Below, piece by piece: positions 53,297 through 63,926 of a DNA stretch of 64,000 bases (the stretch's first letter is position 1; each line of letters begins with the position of its first letter). A model generated the notes under the pieces. That model was not told where the DNA came from and did not search any database. It saw only the letters and a program-made list of their open reading frames with translations. The DNA is from an uncultured Chroococcidiopsis sp. Its GTDB lineage: Bacteria > Cyanobacteriota > Cyanobacteriia > Cyanobacteriales > Chroococcidiopsidaceae. Both the position numbers and the translations under genes were made by a program. Location: positions 32,001 to 96,000 of the forward strand of contig CAXTYC010000018.1 in assembly GCA_964248365.1 (NCBI GenBank). The letters run 5' to 3'.

Positions 53297-53776
53297 GTTA
53301 GTGACTAGTGTCTGGTGACTAGTCACTAGAGAAAGCAACCCTATTCTCTAATTCCCACCTATTATCTTCTGGTTTTGAATTCTAGCCACTAGCCATTAGC
53401 CACCAGCCACTACTTTAAAGGATGCAACTTGAGACAGAAGTGAGGCAGTGCCAAGAGCAAGTAGGATGCCAGTTAAGCCGTGCTTGTTGTCATCTTTGGT
53501 TTTGCGAGCTTGAGGTATGAGCTGATGACTTCAACTCATATAATTAATGCGCGAAAAAAGTGGTCTAGAGCTTGGTGTCGGGTTTCGCACGGGCATGAAG
53601 CACCCCCTGTGATGCGATCGCACACTTTCCATGCTGGTGCTTCTATTTGGTTTTGGGCGATCAATGAACTCAAGCTTGCGTCCGATTCCCGAATGCAAAA
53701 GGGCTACGCTCCCTATCTGCTTAATTACTAATGCTATTACTTCAAACCTTCAAAACGGACTATAACCTAAAAAATA

Positions 53777-54658
53777 ATGAATAAAATAGACATATACGAA
53801 CAGCGCATTCATGATATTTTTCCTGAGCTTTCAATTGAAAAGATAAGTTTGCATGATGAAGGTGTAAATAATTATATTTTTGAGGTAAATGATGAGCTAA
53901 TTTTTCGTTTTCCTAAAAGTGATTATGCAGTACAAAAGCTCAATAAAGAAGTAAAAATTTTAAAGTTAATCAAAAATTATGTCACTTTAAATATTCCCAA
54001 AATATTTTATGAACAACGGGAAGTAATTGCTTACTTCATGATGACGGGAGTACCCTTGCGTCAAGATTTACTGATGGAAAGCGATGAAAAGACACGCCAA
54101 AGAGTTGCTAGCCAATTAGCTACTTTCCTGAAAGAATTACACAATGTCCCAGTCGAGAAGATTTTAGAATTTGATATTCCTAATTCAGAAGTTCCTAATA
54201 CCTATGAGGATTGGGTGAATTTATATCATCATCTCCAAAATGATATCTTGCCAGAATTGCCAAGCCATACACAAGAATGGGCTAAAAAACATTTTGAATC
54301 TTTTTTAGCTCATAAAAGTAATTTTGAATATGAACCAAAACTTATACATGGAGATTTAGGATTTAACCATATACTTTTTGATCAACAGAAAAATTGTATT
54401 AATGGAATAATTGACTTTGGTACTGCTGGAAGAGGCGATCCTGCTATGGATATCGCTGTTTTAATTTATAATTACGGCGAGGATTTTATCAATGAATTTT
54501 ATCAGATATATCCTGAATTAAATTCATATTTGCACCGTGCTAAGTTTTACGTAGAAGCTTTTGAAATCCAGTGTGTTCTTTCAAAAGCTCAAGGCAAAGA
54601 TGCTACTTGGTTTTTGTGTAATTTAGGTAATGGCAAAGATATTAAATACTATGATTAA
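53777..54658 (+). CDS. Aminoglycoside phosphotransferase-like kinase
   Basis: IFRFPK, HGDLGFNHIL and IIDFG...GDPAMD. AT-rich. Confidence 0.85.
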   Translation: MNKIDIYEQRIHDIFPELSIEKISLHDEGVNNYIFEVNDELIFRFPKSDYAVQKLNKEVKILKLIKNYVTLNIPKIFYEQREVIAYFMMTGVPLRQDLLMESDEKTRQRVASQLATFLKELHNVPVEKILEFDIPNSEVPNTYEDWVNLYHHLQNDILPELPSHTQEWAKKHFESFLAHKSNFEYEPKLIHGDLGFNHILFDQQKNCINGIIDFGTAGRGDPAMDIAVLIYNYGEDFINEFYQIYPELNSYLHRAKFYVEAFEIQCVLSKAQGKDATWFLCNLGNGKDIKYYD

Positions 54659-54838
54659 AGCCCACGACAGGGGAGGCAGAGGAGCTTCAGGGGCAGAGGA
54701 GCTTCAGGGGCGGGCGCAAGGGGCAGGGGAGCACAGGAGAATAATTAATTACCTCTTACCTCTTACCTCTTCCCTTTTCCCTACTCCCTACTCCCTACTC
54801 CCTACTCCCTATTAATAGGTAAGTACAGTGAGAGAATC

Positions 54839-56089
54839 ATGAAAATACTTGTACTTAATGCCGGATCAAGTAGTCAAAAGAGTTGTCTTTATCAGATAGA
54901 TAATTCCCTGCCAAATTCACCACCAGCACCACTATGGGAAGCCACAGTTGATTGGACTAGCCATCAAGGAGTGGCGGAAATTAAAATCAAAACTTCTCAA
55001 GGCGTAGTTATAGAAGAAGAACTAACCAGCAATTCACGCCCTGATGTAATTTCCCATCTGCTCGATACCTTAATTCAAGGTAAAACTCAGGTAATTACCG
55101 ACTTGAGTGAAATTCAGATTGTCGGTCATCGGGTGGTGCATGGAGGTGAGGAATATCGTGAAGCAACGGTAATTACGCCCCAAGTTAGAGATGCAATTAT
55201 CCATCTGTCTACTTTCGCCCCACTCCACAACCCAGCAAACCTAGAGGGAATTGAAGCAATTGACAATGTGCTGCCAAATGTGCCGCAAGTGGCTGTATTT
55301 GATACTGCCTTCCACAGTCATTTACCTGTTTATGCTGCTGTTTACCCTGGTTCTTACCAGTGGTTTGAGGAGGGTATCCGCCGTTATGGGTTTCATGGTA
55401 TCAGCCACTCTTATTGCGCTCAACGTACTGCCCAACTTCTAGGGCAAGATTTGCAGTCTTTACGCTTGATCATTTGTCACTTGGGCAATGGTTGCTCTTT
55501 GGCAGCTATTCGAGATGGTGTGAGTATCGATACGACAATGGGGTTTACTCCCCTCGACGGGTTGATGATGGGTAGTCGTTCTGGTTCGGTTGATCCTGGT
55601 ATCCTGATTTATCTACTGCGCGAACAAGGATTTGATGCTGATAAGTTAGATCAAATTCTCAATCGTGAATCTGGGTTAAAAGGCATTTCTGGATTATCGG
55701 GTGATATGCGTCAGATTCAAAGTGCGATCGCACAAAATAACGATCGCGCAATCCTTGCCTTTGATATGTATATTCACTCTCTACGCAAGCACATCGGAGC
55801 AATGCTTGCTACACTGGGCGGACTCGATGCTTTGGTTTTTACTGCTGGAGTTGGGGAAAATGTGCCAGATGTCAGAGCTTTAGCTTGTGAAGCTTTTGGA
55901 TTTATGGGAGTGAAGCTTGATCACAATAAAAATGCTCAGTCTCCACCCGACTGCGACATCGCTACGTCAGATTCATCTGTACGGGTGCTAATTATCCATA
56001 CCGAAGAAGATTGGGCGATCGCAACTCAATGTTGGAATTTAGCTCAAAATCAATTAGCTGTTAGCTGGCGCGCTTTTAGCTGTTCATAG
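54839..56089 (+). CDS. ackA: Acetate kinase
   Basis: LNAGSSS, GHRVVHGG, APLHNP, FDTAFH, HLGNG and TAGVGEN. Confidence 0.96.
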   Translation: MKILVLNAGSSSQKSCLYQIDNSLPNSPPAPLWEATVDWTSHQGVAEIKIKTSQGVVIEEELTSNSRPDVISHLLDTLIQGKTQVITDLSEIQIVGHRVVHGGEEYREATVITPQVRDAIIHLSTFAPLHNPANLEGIEAIDNVLPNVPQVAVFDTAFHSHLPVYAAVYPGSYQWFEEGIRRYGFHGISHSYCAQRTAQLLGQDLQSLRLIICHLGNGCSLAAIRDGVSIDTTMGFTPLDGLMMGSRSGSVDPGILIYLLREQGFDADKLDQILNRESGLKGISGLSGDMRQIQSAIAQNNDRAILAFDMYIHSLRKHIGAMLATLGGLDALVFTAGVGENVPDVRALACEAFGFMGVKLDHNKNAQSPPDCDIATSDSSVRVLIIHTEEDWAIATQCWNLAQNQLAVSWRAFSCS

Positions 56090-56116
56090 AAACTTCCGCC
56101 TTGCCACTTCTAACCC

Positions 56117-56800
56117 GTGAAAAGCATGAGATATTTGGCATTAGCTTCTGATTATGACGGCACATTGGCAAAAGATGGTCATGTCAATCAGAAAACAGTA
56201 GCAGCGCTTGAACGTCTACGTCAATCTGGGATCAAGTCAATTTTAGTCACTGGACGGGAACTAGACGATCTGTTGCGTGTATTTCCTGAAATTAATTTTT
56301 TCGATCTGGTGGTAGCAGAAAATGGAGCCTTGCTCTATAACCCCGCCACGCGAGAGGAAAAATTGCTCGGAGCAAAACCTCCAGAGGAATTTATTCAGAT
56401 GTTGCGCGATCGCCATATACATCCCCTTTCGGTCGGACGCGCGATTGTTGCTACAATGCATCCTAATCAAACGAAAGTAACCGCAGTAATCCGCGATTTA
56501 GGGTTACAACTGCAAGTTATCTTAAACAAAGATGCCGTAATGATTCTCCCTTCGGGTGTGGACAAAGCATCTGGATTAAGTGCCGCATTAAGCGAACTCG
56601 AAATATCCCCACACAACACCCTAGCTATAGGTGATGCCGAGAATGACTACGCTTTTCTAAATTTATGTGGGTGTACAGTTGCAGTTGCCAATGCCCTACC
56701 CATGCTTAAAGAACGTGCTGATTTTGTTACCCTCGGCGCGAGGGGTGATGGAGTAATTGAAATAATTGATCGGCTAGTTGCAGACGATTTTCACTCCTGA
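56117..56800 (+). CDS. HAD-IIB (Cof-like) hydrolase
   Basis: DYDGT, TGR, ENG, DKASG and GDAEND. Confidence 0.9.
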   Translation: MKSMRYLALASDYDGTLAKDGHVNQKTVAALERLRQSGIKSILVTGRELDDLLRVFPEINFFDLVVAENGALLYNPATREEKLLGAKPPEEFIQMLRDRHIHPLSVGRAIVATMHPNQTKVTAVIRDLGLQLQVILNKDAVMILPSGVDKASGLSAALSELEISPHNTLAIGDAENDYAFLNLCGCTVAVANALPMLKERADFVTLGARGDGVIEIIDRLVADDFHS

Positions 56801-57111
56801 TAATTCTTTTGCGATCGCTTACTTGTCAATTATCCTCGAACCTGGATGTCTTACCTTCACAACGGTTACTGGACGCAAAAGCTTATACTTCTCCCTTGGA
56901 TTATAACTACTTTTTTTAAACTATCAAAATACACTGTTTTAGTCAACCTCTAAAAAGAGGCAAAAAGAGACAAAAAAAGGCAAATTGAAAATTTACTTGC
57001 AAGACGGACTCAATTCAAGTTCAAGTTGACACAAATATATATATAAGTATTTTCGATTGTTAGATAGTACTTAAACTAAAGATGAGACAGATTTTTACCA
57101 ACTTGTAATTT

Positions 57112-57756
57112 ATGAGTGAAATACAAACGAAACTACCGTCTGATACTTGGGTTGATTGTACGTGGGATGAATTTATCGAGGCGATCGCACAGCCAGAATA
57201 CGAAAAAGCTAAGTGTTACTACCACAACGGGCAGTTGAGAATTGAAATGCCACCAGTCGGATCTGACCATGCTGACGATAACGGAATTATTGTTATATTA
57301 ATCAACTTATTTGGCATTGCTAAAAACTTACCCATGAGGTTAAGAGTTAACTGTAGCTATCGCAAATCAGGTGTAAGAGAGGCTCAACCCGATGCCTCTT
57401 ACTACATTGGAGAACGAGTTAGTTTAGCTCCAAAAGGAAGGAATGTAGTAAACCTCGATAGCAACTCTCCTCCTGATTTGGCAATCGAAATTGCTGACAC
57501 TTCTCTAGCTGACGATTTAGGGCAAAAACGTCTACTGTACGAAGATTTAGCAGTTGCTGAATATTGGGTAGTAGATGTCAAAAGGGCGCGAATTACTGCT
57601 TTTCAAATTATTCCTAATGGTGGTAGTCAACGAATTAGCGAGTCTAATGTATTGCCCCAACTGGCGATCGCTCTTTTAGAAGAAGCTTTACGCCGCAGTC
57701 GCCAAATGGATCATACTTCTGTCGCTGGTTGGTTTTTGGCTCAAGTCCAAGCCTGA
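57112..57756 (+). CDS. Uma2 family protein
   Basis: QPDASYY, PDLAIEI and EYWVVD. Confidence 0.88.
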   Translation: MSEIQTKLPSDTWVDCTWDEFIEAIAQPEYEKAKCYYHNGQLRIEMPPVGSDHADDNGIIVILINLFGIAKNLPMRLRVNCSYRKSGVREAQPDASYYIGERVSLAPKGRNVVNLDSNSPPDLAIEIADTSLADDLGQKRLLYEDLAVAEYWVVDVKRARITAFQIIPNGGSQRISESNVLPQLAIALLEEALRRSRQMDHTSVAGWFLAQVQA

Positions 57757-57898
57757 GCGATCGCCTCTCTACCCATACATCTGTTATATTGACATTAACG
57801 TTAATGTTTTGCCTCTCTATTTGACACTTACCTAATATATTTGTTAGTTTATATTGACGTTAACGTTAAGGTTTGTTTTTTCCAACGTGACCGAAAAG

Positions 57899-58273
57899 AT
57901 GCGGATAGGAGAACTAGCTCAAAAAGCTGGTGTGACTCCGCGAACAATCCGTTATTACGAAAGTTTGGGACTGTTGAAACCCAGCTCACGCGAGGGTACT
58001 GGCTTTCGCTATTACACAGAAATTGAGTTAGCCAGACTTGATAAAATAGATTGCTTAAAATCCCTTGGATTAACTCTGGAGGAAATAGCCAGCGTGATTG
58101 ACCTTTTTTTTCAAGACTCAACAGGGGTACTGGGTAAACAAAAACTGCTAGACATTCTGCAAGCGCATCTTGCAGAAACTGACTTAAAAATCGCCTCTTT
58201 AGCTCAATTTCGCTCGGATTTGCAATGCTTAATTGCCCGCATACAGCAACAAATCCATGAGATATGCAATTAA
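57899..58273 (+). CDS. MerR-family transcriptional regulator
   Basis: MRIGELA..GVT.RTIRYYE..GLL and LGLTLEEI. Confidence 0.93.
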   Translation: MRIGELAQKAGVTPRTIRYYESLGLLKPSSREGTGFRYYTEIELARLDKIDCLKSLGLTLEEIASVIDLFFQDSTGVLGKQKLLDILQAHLAETDLKIASLAQFRSDLQCLIARIQQQIHEICN

Positions 58274-58320
58274 GCTTTGTCTTGTTGAATCACACAATAG
58301 CTGGCTCTATTTTGTTGACT

Positions 58321-58350
58321 TACTTGGACGTTAACGTTAACGTCCAAGTA
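58321..58350. promoter_or_regulatory. MerR-type operator palindrome (related boxes at about 57789, 57853 and 58487-58516)
   Basis: Perfect 30-bp palindrome TACTTGGACGTTAACGTTAACGTCCAAGTA. The related boxes begin with TTGAC. Confidence 0.75.
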
Positions 58351-58609
58351 AATCACTTAAATCAGTAATTGAGTGACCAAAAGTAGGAGCAAGGAGAATT
58401 TGTTTGCCTCAAGGTTACGTCTGTGACATAAGTTTGGGTGAGATAAGAGGAATATACTGGTAAGCTAAGGCTCTATTTTGTTGACTTACTTTGACGTTAA
58501 CGTCAACGTCCAAGTAAACCACTTAAATCAGTAATTGAGTGACGAAAGAATTTGTTTGCCTCAAGGTTACGTCTGTGACATAAGTTTGGGTGACATCAGA
58601 GGAATATAC

Positions 58610-59617
58610 ATGAAAGCATTTGAGATCCAGAACTTTGGCTTAGATTCCCTTACCCTGACAGAAAAACCCGATCCAAATCCACGTTATGGACAAATACTGA
58701 TTAAATTACGGGCAGTTTCGCTAAATTACCGTGATTTGATGGTAGTAAAAGGGTTATATAATCCCAAGCTTCCTTTACCGAGGATTCCCTTGAGTGATGG
58801 AGTGGGGGAAGTGGTAGCGGTGGGGGAAGGAGTGACGCGGGTGAAGAATGGCGATCGCGTTGCTGGTATTTTCTTTCAAAAGTGGCTGGCGGGAGAATTG
58901 ACAGCAGAAAAAGTCGAGTCTGCTTTGGGTGGGGCTATTGATGGAATGCTAGCAGAATATGTCGTCTTGCACGAGGATGGCGTTGTTCATGTGCCGGAAC
59001 ATTTAACAGACGAGGAAGCGGCTTGTTTACCTTGTGCTGGTGTGACGGCTTGGAATGCACTATTTACCTCTGGTGGAGTAAAAGCAGGTGACACAGTTCT
59101 AGTTCAAGGTACAGGCGGCGTTTCTATATTTGCTTTGCAGTTTGCATTATTAGCAGGGGCAAGAGTTATTGCTACATCTAGCAGTGACAAAAAGTTAGAG
59201 CGAGTGCGTCAATTAGGTGCAACAGACACAATCAACTATAAACAAAATCCGCAGTGGGGTAAACAAGTACGAGAACTCACCGCAGGTAATGGCGTTGACT
59301 ATTGTGTCGAGGTTGGCGGCGCTGGGACTTTAAATGAGTCTTTACGTGCTGTTCGTTATGGTGGACAAATTAGTTTGATTGGTGTTTTGACGGGTGGAAG
59401 TGGAGAGATTACTACAGCCTCCATTCTGAGGAAAAATGTGCGGGTACAGGGTATATATGTCGGTTCGCGCGAGATGTTTGAAGCGATGAATCGCGCGATC
59501 GCACTTGATAAATTACATCTAGTCGTAGATCGTGTGTTTGGGTTTCACGAAGCACCTGAAGCACTCAAGTATATGGAGAGTGGGAGTCACTTCGGTAAGA
59601 TTTGTATTCGGTTCTAG
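58610..59617 (+). CDS. NAD(P)-dependent MDR alcohol dehydrogenase/quinone reductase
   Basis: SLNYRD, PCAGVTAW, QGTGGVS and HFGKI. Confidence 0.9.
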   Translation: MKAFEIQNFGLDSLTLTEKPDPNPRYGQILIKLRAVSLNYRDLMVVKGLYNPKLPLPRIPLSDGVGEVVAVGEGVTRVKNGDRVAGIFFQKWLAGELTAEKVESALGGAIDGMLAEYVVLHEDGVVHVPEHLTDEEAACLPCAGVTAWNALFTSGGVKAGDTVLVQGTGGVSIFALQFALLAGARVIATSSSDKKLERVRQLGATDTINYKQNPQWGKQVRELTAGNGVDYCVEVGGAGTLNESLRAVRYGGQISLIGVLTGGSGEITTASILRKNVRVQGIYVGSREMFEAMNRAIALDKLHLVVDRVFGFHEAPEALKYMESGSHFGKICIRF

Positions 59618-59734
59618 GGTGTTAGACAAAGTAAGCGGGATTTTGTTTCGCGCAAAGACGCTAAGGCGCTAAGGAAGACAAAGGAAATTAGCACAAAGCG
59701 TGTCTAGGGTTAAATTGAACAAGGAGAAGTTCAA

Positions 59735-60806
59735 ATGCCACATTTATTTGATGCTTTCAAGCTTAAAGATGTGACTTTGCGAAATCGGATTGGTGTTTCG
59801 CCGATGTGTCAATATAGTTCTGAAGATGGGATGGCGACAGATTGGCATCTGGTTCATCTTGGTTCTCGTGCTGTTGGTGGTGCTGGGCTTATAATTGCTG
59901 AAGCGACAGCAGTTGAACCACGCGGGAGAATTTCTCCTGGTGATGGGGGAATTTGGTCAGATAAGCATATTGAGCCATTGTATCGTATTAACTCTTTTAT
60001 TAAAGAGCATGGTGCTGTACCAGGGATTCAAATTGCTCATGCTGGGAGAAAAGCAAGTACGGCACGTCCTTGGGAGGGAAGTCATTCGCTTAAAGATGAA
60101 GAAGGCGGGTGGGAAACTATTGCACCTAGTGCTTTGGCTTTTGGGGAAGAAGTGTGGCAAGTACCCAAAGAAATGACTAGGGAAGATATTCAAGAGGTAC
60201 AGAATGCTTTTCGATCTGCGGCGGTGCGATCGCAAGAAGCTGGTTATGAGTGGCTAGAATTACATTTTGCTCACGGTTACTTAGGACACAGTTTTTACTC
60301 GCCTTTATCCAACAAACGCACGGATGAATATGGGGGAAGCTTTGAAAATCGCATCCGCTTTGCGATAGAAACTACCCGCGCCGTGAGAGATGTTTGGTCT
60401 GAACGTTTACCATTAACAGTACGGTTATCCTGTTCTGATTGGGTTGAAGGCGGCTGGACGATTGAAGATTCGGTAGAACTCGCCAAAAAGCTCAAAGCCG
60501 AGGGTGTGGATTTAATTGATTGTAGTTCTGGTTTCAATTCTCCCGATTACAAAAATTATCCTTTTGGGGCGAGTTGGCAAGTTCCCTTTTCAGCAAAAAA
60601 TCCGTAAAGAAGTTGACATTGCTACTGCTGCTGTCGGTTCTATCACCGAACCAATGCAAGCCGATGAAATTATTCGCAATAATCGTGCAGATATTGTTCT
60701 GTTAGCGCAGGAAATACTACGCGATCCCTATTGGATTTATCACGCCGCCCAAAAACTGCGATGGAAGACACCGATCTTACCTATTCAATACAGTAGTAGG
60801 GTGTAA
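59735..60806 (+). pseudogene. NADH:flavin oxidoreductase (OYE, YqjM/NamA-like), frameshift at A6 60595-60600
   Basis: SPMCQYS, HAGRKAS, HFAHGY and YGGSFENR. C-terminus (ADIV...ILRDPYW) lies in another frame. Confidence 0.85.
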
Positions 60807-60939
60807 AAAGTAAAGCGGTGTTGCACAAAACTTGTGATGATTTTCTCTTATCACCTTAGCGTCTTTGCGTCTACCCTTCGGGAAGCCGCTGACGCGGCTT
60901 TGCGTGACACTTAACTCTAATTATTACCAGGAGTAAGTT

Positions 60940-61677
60940 ATGACATCAAAATCAGTTACAGACAAAATCGCGCTGATCACAGGTGCTAATAAAGGTATTG
61001 GACTGGAAATTGCCCGTCAATTAGGTTCCCAGGGAATTACAGTTTTGATTGGTGCGCGAGATGAAAATCGCGGTCAAGAAGCCGCCCAAAAGCTGCAAGC
61101 AGAAAATATCAACGCTCATGCTGTACAGCTAGATGTGACAAATCAAGAATCAATTGACGCGGCAGCAAAATACATTGAAAATCAGTTCGGTAAGCTTGAT
61201 ATTCTGGTAAACAATGCGGGGATTGCTGTTGACAACGCACCACCGAGTCAACTTGACATGGAAGTTTTGCGTCGCACCTATGAAACTAACTTTTTTGGTG
61301 TCTTCGCCGTTACCAAAGCAATGTTACCACTCCTGCGTAAGTCTGATGCAGGTCGAATCGTAAATATGTCAAGTGGTTTGGGATCGCTAACGCAAAACAG
61401 TGATCCAAATTACGAATTCGCCAGCGCCAAAATGCTAGCTTACCACTCATCGAAAACGGCTGTCAATGCCATGACGGTTCAATTCGCCCACGAACTGAAG
61501 GACACACCGATCAAAGTTAATTCTGCCGATCCAGGTTACGTGGCAACCGATATCAACGCTAACCGAGGTACACGCACTGTGCAGCAAGGTGCAACTGCTT
61601 CGGTACGTTTGGCGACGCTACCAGCCGATGGACCAACAGGCGGTTATTTCGACGAAAATGGTGTTGTGCCTTGGTAA
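60940..61677 (+). CDS. Short-chain dehydrogenase (carbonyl reductase-like)
   Basis: TGANKGIG, NNAG, YHSSK and PGYVATD. Confidence 0.93.
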   Translation: MTSKSVTDKIALITGANKGIGLEIARQLGSQGITVLIGARDENRGQEAAQKLQAENINAHAVQLDVTNQESIDAAAKYIENQFGKLDILVNNAGIAVDNAPPSQLDMEVLRRTYETNFFGVFAVTKAMLPLLRKSDAGRIVNMSSGLGSLTQNSDPNYEFASAKMLAYHSSKTAVNAMTVQFAHELKDTPIKVNSADPGYVATDINANRGTRTVQQGATASVRLATLPADGPTGGYFDENGVVPW

Positions 61678-61826
61678 AGTGCAGGCAATCTTAGTCTAAT
61701 TCGCTATTAACAGACATTGAGCATGGTTTTTACCAAAACTAAAAAGTAGCTCGATCTGAATAATAAGCGGCTATCGAAGCAAGAGAAGAACGTAAGTAAA
61801 ATCTCTATTACTTATAGGAGAATTCG

Positions 61827-62485
61827 ATGGATTCAATTACTCAAGAGCAAAACCTACAAAATCAGCCCCTGGATGTACCAGCAGCAATTTTACACCGTCG
61901 TGCGATTAAAAGTTTTATATTACTCAGGCAATTAGTTGAATTAACTGTCGCAGCGCCCAGCAGTTGGAATCTGCAAGACTGGCAAATTATTCTCGTGCAA
62001 AATGAGGATCAGCGAAAAGCATTGTCAGAAGCTGCTAATGGTCAGCACCAGATCTTGCAAGCACCAGTAACGTTTGTATTTGCAGCCGATTCTAACGCTT
62101 GGCAGGAAGATCCAACACCAATTTATCAGCAAGCAATTCAAAATGGTGCATGGACAGAAGGTACAATAAATTATTTCCAAAACGCTGTTCCTTCGTTTCA
62201 AATGGCGTTGGGAGAAAAAACCGCGAGTATGCTGTTAAAGATGCCATGATCGCAGCTACACATTTAGTATTAGCAGCAGAAAGTTTAGGTTTGTCTACCT
62301 GCTTTATGAATGGTTGGGTTGAAGACAAGGTTAAGCAAGTGATTGGGGCAGCGGACGATCCGAATTTAGCGATCGCTGTTCTGATTCCTGTCGGTTACGC
62401 CGCCGAATCACGCAAAAATCCTGGTCGTCTACCGTTAGCGTACAATGTCTTTGGGGACAGACTGGGAAACCCATATCAGGGTTGA
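61827..62485 (+). pseudogene. Nitroreductase family, frameshift at about 62215-62222
   Basis: RRAIKSF, APSSWNLQ; second half (LAAESLGLSTC.M.G...VGY) in another frame. Confidence 0.85.
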
Positions 62486-62633
62486 TGCAATGATCAGCCG
62501 CTATTTATATAGTCTTGGATAGTGGCTATGGTTGGCAAGTGTGAAATGAAAAATTCATCCAGCCGATCTGGATAAATTTTAAGCTTTCAACCGATAATAA
62601 CTTGACTAGTACCCAATTCCAAAAATTTCATTT

Positions 62634-63437
62634 ATGAATAGACGCGATTTGTTGATTGTATCCGCAGGTATTGCTACAACTGGGCTACTAGTAGCAGGAA
62701 CTAAGAGTGCTATTGCACAACCGACTTCAAAAGGTAAAATCGTTACCCTAGGCAAAAATTTGCAAGGATACTACGTGCGCCCTCAAGCCAGAGGTTCTGT
62801 CCCTGGTGTAATAGTATTTATGGAGGCGTTTGGGCTAAATCCTAACATTAAAAATGTATGCGATCGCCTCGCTAAAGCAGGTTTAGCCGCCTTAGCACCA
62901 GACTTCTATCATGGCGATGTTTATGAATACACAGATCTGCAAAATGCGATCGCCAAACTCAAAAGTTTAAACGATGATACTGTCATGGCTGAAGTTGGGC
63001 AAGGGTTGGAATTTTTAGCCCAAGGTAGAGAGGTAGCTGCTGATAAAGTTGGGGTGATGGGTTTTTGTATGGGTGGAAGGTATACTTTTCTAGCTAATGC
63101 GGTTCATGCCGACAAATTCAAAGCCGCTGTTGCTTTTTATGGGGCGGGAATTGCACCTCAACAAGATCAACTCGGACGCAAGCCATTGCTAGATCGAGTA
63201 GGAACAATGCAAGCACCGATTATGTTAGTCTATGGTGCGAATGACCCATCAATTGCTCCCGACGAACACGCCCGAATTGCCTCTGCCCTTTCTAGTGCTA
63301 AAAAGCGTTATATTCTCTCTGTCTTTCCCAATGCTGGACATGGTTTTTTGAGCGATCGCCGTGACAGCTATGCACCCCAACCCGCTCAAGAAGCATGGGA
63401 AATGACAATGAATTTCTTACAGCACAATTTGGCGTAA
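62634..63437 (+). CDS. Dienelactone hydrolase family, Tat-exported
   Basis: NRRDLL Tat motif, EAFG, GFCMGG and AGHGF. Confidence 0.92.
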   Translation: MNRRDLLIVSAGIATTGLLVAGTKSAIAQPTSKGKIVTLGKNLQGYYVRPQARGSVPGVIVFMEAFGLNPNIKNVCDRLAKAGLAALAPDFYHGDVYEYTDLQNAIAKLKSLNDDTVMAEVGQGLEFLAQGREVAADKVGVMGFCMGGRYTFLANAVHADKFKAAVAFYGAGIAPQQDQLGRKPLLDRVGTMQAPIMLVYGANDPSIAPDEHARIASALSSAKKRYILSVFPNAGHGFLSDRRDSYAPQPAQEAWEMTMNFLQHNLA

Positions 63438-63584
63438 TTGTAAAGTGTTAGCCATTGAAGTTGAGCAGTGATAAACCCAATTGGAGCGCATTGATTTAAA
63501 GCGATTGGAAGTTAAAGCTATCTTTAATTAGGGGCGCTGGGGTGATCGTGAGAGGGGGAAAAGGGGACAGTTACCAGTTACCAG

Positions 63585-63926
63585 TTACCCATTACCTTCA
63601 AAATTCCGTGATTGCGAATTTTTCTTCATTTTTTCTTCCTCAATCTCTGCTTGGAGCTTTGCTAGTTCTTCAGGGGTTAGTTCTTCTAACCTTTTCTGAA
63701 AAAAAGCTTGTTCGTATGCTTGTCGCTGCTGATGATAAGTCATTTTTTGCCCTGTCACCCGCAAGACATAAGTCACTACCCAGCCAATTAAGCCTCCAAC
63801 TAGTAATAACTGACTCCATATTCCAGCTTCCATCCCCTCTAAGCCAGCTATTTTCAAGATTATATACGCCAGTCCCCCAGCAGCAAAAATGCCTACAGTA
63901 ATACCAATTGCGTCAATTCTTCGCAT
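63585..63926 (-). CDS. DUF3007 protein
   Basis: MRRIDAIGI...AGIWSQ...MTYHQQ...KRLEEL. Confidence 0.85.
   Translation of the reverse strand: MRRIDAIGITVGIFAAGGLAYIILKIAGLEGMEAGIWSQLLLVGGLIGWVVTYVLRVTGQKMTYHQQRQAYEQAFFQKRLEELTPEELAKLQAEIEEEKMKKNSQSRNFEGNG

Noticed and set aside
53480..53731. Group II intron, RNase P, 6S or TnpB-end identity for the structured region
   Set aside because: No domain V or other diagnostic consensus found. Kept only as an unidentified structure.
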